From positions 1 through 10,743 of the forward strand of contig JASFYY010000064.1 in assembly GCA_045046875.1 (NCBI GenBank): a stretch of DNA of 10,743 nt, read 5' to 3'. Source of the DNA: Verrucomicrobiota bacterium. GTDB lineage: Bacteria > Verrucomicrobiota > Verrucomicrobiia > Verrucomicrobiales > DEV007. The notes under the pieces are model-generated. The model ran no database searches and was not told where the DNA came from. It was given only the letters and a program-made list of their open reading frames with translations. A program made the position numbers and the translations under genes. Each line of letters begins with the position of its first letter. Position 1 is the first letter of the stretch. Positions 6,271 through 10,743 of this stretch are shown here, piece by piece.

Positions 6271-7599
6271 ATGCCTGATAACAACGACTCAAAAAACAGC
6301 CGCCGCGATTTCATCAAAAAATCATCCACTTTGGCAGGGGCCGCCGCTTTTGCTGGATTCGCCAATGCATCCGTTACCGGTCACGCGGCGGACAACAAAA
6401 CCTTGAAACTCGGACTCATCGGCTGCGGCGGACGGGGATCGGGTGCGGCTCGTCAGGCTTTGCTTGCCGATGACAAAGTGGAGTTGGTAGCGATGGCCGA
6501 TGTTTTTGAGAAACAATTGCAAAACAGTCTGCAAACCCTGCAAAAAACCACCGTCGGCGAACGGGTCAAGGTCAAGCAAGACCGGCAATACCTCGGTCTC
6601 GATGCCTATGAAAAAATGCTAGCCAGTGATATCGACATTGTCATCCTGGCAACTCCCCCAGCCTTCCGCGCTCCCTTCATCGCCGCCGCGATTGATGCCG
6701 GCAAACACGTTTTTGCAGAAAAACCGGGCGCGACCGATGTGGCGGGTGCACTGAGTATTTTAGAGTCCACCAAAAAAGCAGAGGAAAAAGGTCTCTTTCT
6801 GGTCGCCGGTTTACAAGGGCGTTACGAAGCCCAACCTAGGGAAATGGTCAAACGTCTGCACGGTGGTGACATAGGAGACCTCATGGCGATGCGCATGACC
6901 CGCTACCTTGGACCAGTGAAAGTTCGTCAGCGTCTGGAGGGCATGAGCGAACTGGAATACCAGATCGCCAACTGGCAGTATTTCACCTGGCTCTCTGGTG
7001 ACGGCATGGTGGAATTGTTCATCCACGAAATCGACCGGATGGCGTGGATCGCCGGAGAATACCCGGTGAGCTGCCTGGCCACCGGTGGCCGGCAGACCAG
7101 GATCGAAGAAAAACACGGCCATGTTTTTGATCATTTTGCCGCTTGTTATAAATTTGCCAGTGGGCTGGAGCTTTATGCCTCAACCCGTCAGCAACTCGGC
7201 TGCGACCGCACTTTTGAAATGGTGGTCAACGGCAGCAAAGGGCGCTGCATCGGCAATGGCAAAGTTGATTTCACCATTACCGGTGACAAGGCCTGGGCAT
7301 CGATTGATAAAAGCGGCTCCCGTAGAAAACGCAAAGCCAGTGGACAGCAAGGCCACCAACTCGAACACGACGCCATGTATGCGGCCTTGCGCTCGGGAGG
7401 CTACATCAACAACGGCGACTACCTGGCCAAATCTACCTTGATGGCAATCATGGCGCGGGACTCCGCTTACAGTGGCAAGGAAATCATCTGGGATGAAATG
7501 ATCAAAGACCCCCAACGCCTGGTTCCCACCAAGCTCAGCTGGGACATGGAACTGCCCAAGTGGAAAGTCGCCATGCCCGGTCAACATGGAATCATTTGA
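6271..7599 (+). CDS. Gfo/Idh/MocA-family NAD(P)-dependent oxidoreductase with Tat signal peptide
   Basis: SRRDFIK twin-arginine motif plus hydrophobic stretch; Rossmann LGLIGCGGRG; ATPP; GKHVFAEKP; HEID. Start moved from GTG 6220, which is inside the promoter, to ATG 6271. Confidence 0.93.
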   Translation: MPDNNDSKNSRRDFIKKSSTLAGAAAFAGFANASVTGHAADNKTLKLGLIGCGGRGSGAARQALLADDKVELVAMADVFEKQLQNSLQTLQKTTVGERVKVKQDRQYLGLDAYEKMLASDIDIVILATPPAFRAPFIAAAIDAGKHVFAEKPGATDVAGALSILESTKKAEEKGLFLVAGLQGRYEAQPREMVKRLHGGDIGDLMAMRMTRYLGPVKVRQRLEGMSELEYQIANWQYFTWLSGDGMVELFIHEIDRMAWIAGEYPVSCLATGGRQTRIEEKHGHVFDHFAACYKFASGLELYASTRQQLGCDRTFEMVVNGSKGRCIGNGKVDFTITGDKAWASIDKSGSRRKRKASGQQGHQLEHDAMYAALRSGGYINNGDYLAKSTLMAIMARDSAYSGKEIIWDEMIKDPQRLVPTKLSWDMELPKWKVAMPGQHGII

Positions 7600-7629
7600 T
7601 TTAACATTTTTGATTTAGCATTTAACATT
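7595..7629. repeat. Degenerate heptamer tandem array (5 units)
   Basis: TTTGATT TAACATT TTTGATT TAGCATT TAACATT, overlapping the stop codon at 7597-7599. Confidence 0.8.
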
Positions 7630-7637
7630 TTTTAACC

Positions 7638-9167
7638 ATGGCCGCTTACTCTGATCTTCACGCCTATTACGGTGATATTCATAATCACTGCGCTATTTCC
7701 TATGGTCTGGGTTCGCTGGAAGACGCCCTGGCCAATGCGCGGGAGCGACTGGATTTTGTCTCGATCACCGGACATGCCCACTGGCCGGACATGCCCGAAC
7801 CGAATGCACGGGTTCAACATATCATCGACTTCCATGAAGAAGGTTTTGCCAAGCTAAAAAAAGGCTGGCAAGCGATGATGGAAACGCTGCGGGAAACGGA
7901 CGAAGAAGGAAGTTTTATCATTTACCCCGCTTTTGAAGTTCACTTCTGCGCCACGGGTGACCGCAATGTGCTCTACAAAGATCTGCAGGGTGACATTCTG
8001 TATCCACAAGATCTCGCCGATCTCAACAAGCAGCTGCGAGTCCTGAGAGAACAAGGGCACGACTCTCTGGCGCAGCCTCATCACGTCGGTTACAAAACCG
8101 GCACCCGGGGCATTGACTGGAAATCCTTCGATCCCGAATTTGCACCCGTCGCTGAGATGTTATCGATGCACGGCTGCTCGGAGAGTAACGAAAATCCCCT
8201 GCCCTTCCTGCATGTGATGGGACCCTCGGATTGGGAAAGTACGATTCAATACGGACTCGCTCAAGGCAACATTTTCGGTTTCACCGGAGGCACCGATCAC
8301 CACAGCGGACATCCTGGAAGTTATGGTCATGGCCTGACCGGTGTGTGGGCAAACGATCTTAGTCGCGACGGCATCTGGGACGCCATGTATCAGCGCCGCA
8401 CCTGGGCGATGACTGGTGACCGCATTGATCTGAAATTTGCAATCGACGGTCAAGCCATGGGATCGGTCATCAAACCTGGGGCAAAAAAACAAATCGACAT
8501 CGAGGTCGCCGCGGGTGCCGCCATCGACTATGTGGACATCATCAAAAACAACCGTTTGTTAAAACGCTTCTCCCAATGTGATTTCGCCGCCCCTGAAACC
8601 AAGTCCGACAATCAGAGCATCCGCACCAAACTGCATCTCGAACTCGGTTGGGGACCGCGCAAAAAGACCCAGCACTGGGAAGTTGAATTTGGCATCCGTG
8701 AAGGCAAAATCCTCCAGGTCGAACCCCGCTTCAGAGGGCAACAAGTGGTCTCCCCCTTGGAAGCCGACGGTGAAAACAAATCCTGCCACAGCGCCCATGT
8801 GAACCACCGCTCCGACACCGCGGTTCAATTCACTGCAGTGAGCGAGGGCAATGCCAACAACTTCAGTCCCAGCATGCAAGGCATGTGTCTGGAAATCGAA
8901 GCCACCCCCGAAAGCATCGTCTATGCCGTGATCAACGGTCAAACCTGGCAGTGGCCGCTCGCCACATTAATCGAGGGCGCACGCTCCGACCTCACCAACG
9001 GCATCGAGTCCCCCGCCCTGCGCATCCACCGCGCCGCTCTACCCGAAGAACTCAACTGGCACTGCCAATTCGAAGATCAAAGCCATGACGGAGATTTCTA
9101 CTACACCCGGGTCCGCCAAAAAAACGAACAATGGGCCTGGTCCTCCCCCATTTTCGCAAAAAACTGA
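7638..9167 (+). CDS. PHP-fold metallohydrolase (DUF3604 / CehA-McbA-like) with beta-rich C-terminal region
   Basis: Metal-ligand motifs YGDIHNH, LDFVSITGH, AFEVH, QPHH, EMLSMHG, GFTGGTDHHSGHPG; also GLTGVWA..LSRDGIWDAMYQRRTWAMTG and terminal FYYTRVRQ....AWSSPIF. No signal peptide is visible. Confidence 0.85.
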   Translation: MAAYSDLHAYYGDIHNHCAISYGLGSLEDALANARERLDFVSITGHAHWPDMPEPNARVQHIIDFHEEGFAKLKKGWQAMMETLRETDEEGSFIIYPAFEVHFCATGDRNVLYKDLQGDILYPQDLADLNKQLRVLREQGHDSLAQPHHVGYKTGTRGIDWKSFDPEFAPVAEMLSMHGCSESNENPLPFLHVMGPSDWESTIQYGLAQGNIFGFTGGTDHHSGHPGSYGHGLTGVWANDLSRDGIWDAMYQRRTWAMTGDRIDLKFAIDGQAMGSVIKPGAKKQIDIEVAAGAAIDYVDIIKNNRLLKRFSQCDFAAPETKSDNQSIRTKLHLELGWGPRKKTQHWEVEFGIREGKILQVEPRFRGQQVVSPLEADGENKSCHSAHVNHRSDTAVQFTAVSEGNANNFSPSMQGMCLEIEATPESIVYAVINGQTWQWPLATLIEGARSDLTNGIESPALRIHRAALPEELNWHCQFEDQSHDGDFYYTRVRQKNEQWAWSSPIFAKN

Positions 9168-9214
9168 CTCCTACCTCCTACCTCCTGAATCCCGACTCCT
9201 GAATCCTGAATTCT
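9166..9214. repeat. Degenerate heptamer tandem array (7 units)
   Basis: GACTCCT ACCTCCT ACCTCCT GAATCCC GACTCCT GAATCCT GAATTCT, overlapping the stop codon at 9165-9167 and followed by a C9 run. Confidence 0.88.
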
Positions 9215-9230
9215 CCCCCCCCCTACCCCA

Positions 9231-10505
9231 ATGAATCGAACCTACATCAAACTCAGCGCCATGATGTTTTTCCAGTTCGGCATCTACGGCCTCTGGTTAC
9301 CCATTGCCGGCAAATTCCTGACCGCCGATCCCATCACCAAAGGCGGCCTCGGTTTTTCCGAAGGCCAGATGGGCATGATCGTCGGTTTTGCTGCGTCGAT
9401 CGGCGCACTTTGCTCTCCCTTGATCGTTCAGTTTGCCGACCGCCGCTTTCCTGCGCAACGGGTTCTCGGATTACTGATGATGATCGGCGGGCTGTTAAAA
9501 ATCGCCGTTTACCCCCAGTCCACTTTTATCGCCTGGTTACTGCTCTCCGTTTCATTCACCTTGATGTTCATGCCCGCTGCCGCCATTTGCAATGCTCTGG
9601 CGATGCGCAACCTCGAAGACCCGGATCGCCAGTTCCCCGGAGTCAGACTATGGACAGCGGTGGGTTGGGTTCTCTGCGGGTGGACGTTCTCCTTTTTGGT
9701 GCTAAAAACAAATGTAGAGCCGAGCTGGTTGCCTCCGTTTTTCAGAGGAGACGACGTGCCGATGGTGGCCGCAGAAATGAAAAAGTCCGTGATGTGGTCT
9801 GGAATCATCGCCTTCTTTTACGGGATCTGGGCATTCTTCTTTTTGCCCAAAGCCCCTCCCTTCAAATCAAAATCAAAACGTCCTGCGATTGCCGATGCCT
9901 TTGCTTTATTGAAAATCCCATCCATTGCTATTTTGCTCGGTGTTACCCTCATCATCAGTCCGATGAATCATCTTTATTTCATGCAATGCGCCAAGTTTCT
10001 GGGCGAAGCGGGTCTGAGTGACGGTTACCTCTTGCCCGCCATGGCACTCGGTCAAATCTTTGAAATATTGATGTACATCGTTCTCGGCAGGTTGCTGCCC
10101 AAGCTTGGATTCAAAGTCATCCTAAGCATCGGAATCACAGCTTATGCCTTCCGTTTTTTCCTATTTGGCACCATCGGGATCCCTATGTGGATCATCATTG
10201 CGGGTCTGGGCATTCACGGACTCTGTTATGCATTTTTCACCAGCACCTGTTTCATCTACATGAACAAAGTCGCCGCCAAGGATGTGGCCAATTCCGCGCA
10301 ATCCATTTTTAATTTCATCTGGTACGGCATCGGCCCACTGCTCGCCGTCCTGATGAATAGCCTGCTTGCCAAGTTTTTTGCCCAAGGAAAAAGGTTTGTT
10401 CTCGCCGAGTTCCAACCCTTCTGGTATTCGCTCGGAACCATCTCACTCATCGGCCTAATCGTATTCCTCCTATACTTCCGGGAACAAAAAGAAGCTGATC
10501 TGTGA
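9231..10505 (+). CDS. MFS transporter, nucleoside:H+ symporter (NupG/XapB)-like family
   Basis: KLSAMMFFQFGIYGLW, ADRRFPAQRVL, QFPGVRLWTAVGW, MALGQIFE, GIHGLCYAFF, SAQSI; about 12 hydrophobic segments; 424 aa. Confidence 0.92.
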   Translation: MNRTYIKLSAMMFFQFGIYGLWLPIAGKFLTADPITKGGLGFSEGQMGMIVGFAASIGALCSPLIVQFADRRFPAQRVLGLLMMIGGLLKIAVYPQSTFIAWLLLSVSFTLMFMPAAAICNALAMRNLEDPDRQFPGVRLWTAVGWVLCGWTFSFLVLKTNVEPSWLPPFFRGDDVPMVAAEMKKSVMWSGIIAFFYGIWAFFFLPKAPPFKSKSKRPAIADAFALLKIPSIAILLGVTLIISPMNHLYFMQCAKFLGEAGLSDGYLLPAMALGQIFEILMYIVLGRLLPKLGFKVILSIGITAYAFRFFLFGTIGIPMWIIIAGLGIHGLCYAFFTSTCFIYMNKVAAKDVANSAQSIFNFIWYGIGPLLAVLMNSLLAKFFAQGKRFVLAEFQPFWYSLGTISLIGLIVFLLYFREQKEADL

Positions 10506-10584
10506 TTTTGCAGAGAGGTCACTCTGTCTGCCCGCCTTTCCGGATTTAACATAACATAATCCCTAAGCCTATACAGCTAATATT

Positions 10585-10743
10585 CACCTCCCACATCCAC
10601 CACGTGGCACGGATTGGCAATCCGTGTTTCCCCCTCAAAACCACCCCAACCCCACGCAATACCATTACGTCTCACTTCCACCACGTGGCATGGATTGGCA
10701 ATCCGTGTTCCCCCCAAACCATCCCAACCCCACGCAATACCAT
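10585..10743. repeat. Tandem repeat of about 80 bp (2 copies, runs to the window edge), each with a REP-like hairpin
   Basis: Units 10585-10665 and 10666-10743 share TCCACCACGTGGCA(C/T)GGATTGGCAATCCGTGTT...CCCAACCCCACGCAATACCAT. GTGG (10604-10607) precedes the palindrome CACGGATTG-G-CAATCCGTG (10608-10626). Confidence 0.9.

Noticed and set aside
4681..10552. Antisense or alternate-frame ORFs such as 4681..5064, 6811..7134, 7180..7587, 8559..8942, 9410..10021 and 10256..10552
   Set aside because: They are shadows of well-supported genes and have no independent motifs.
10585..10743. CRISPR array
   Set aside because: The sequence between the palindromes is also repeated (no unique spacers), only two units are visible, and there are no cas genes.

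Overview
Bacterial window, probably PVC superphylum (Verrucomicrobiota/Lentisphaerota-like). This is an inference from a PVC-type pilin-like gene, an Arg-rich-linker LacI and starts lacking Shine-Dalgarno sequences. The left half (1-4750) is a decaying, patchwork regulatory island. It holds a tandem family of PAS-LuxR(HTH) one-component regulators: two apparently intact, one pseudogene with two frameshifts plus an internal deletion, and a 66-bp orphan piece. These are interleaved with an IS3-family 3' remnant, a perfect 19-bp hairpin, an orphan 131-aa gene, an in-frame IS21 istB::Rcp1-type receiver chimera, a leaderless pilin-like gene, an 11-bp tandem repeat and an EF-hand gene tail missing from the ORF track. 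The right half (4768-10505) is an intact divergent catabolic unit: a LacI-family repressor facing a Tat-signal Gfo/Idh/MocA oxidoreductase, a PHP-fold (DUF3604-like) metallohydrolase and a NupG/XapB-like MFS transporter. Its control region contains a 242-bp MITE-like insertion with terminal inverted repeats, a target-site duplication and a nested inverted repeat. Heptamer arrays sit at both operon junctions, and a REP-like tandem repeat runs off the right edge. No rRNA, tRNA or CRISPR array was seen. Family calls come from motif recognition by eye; no searches were run.
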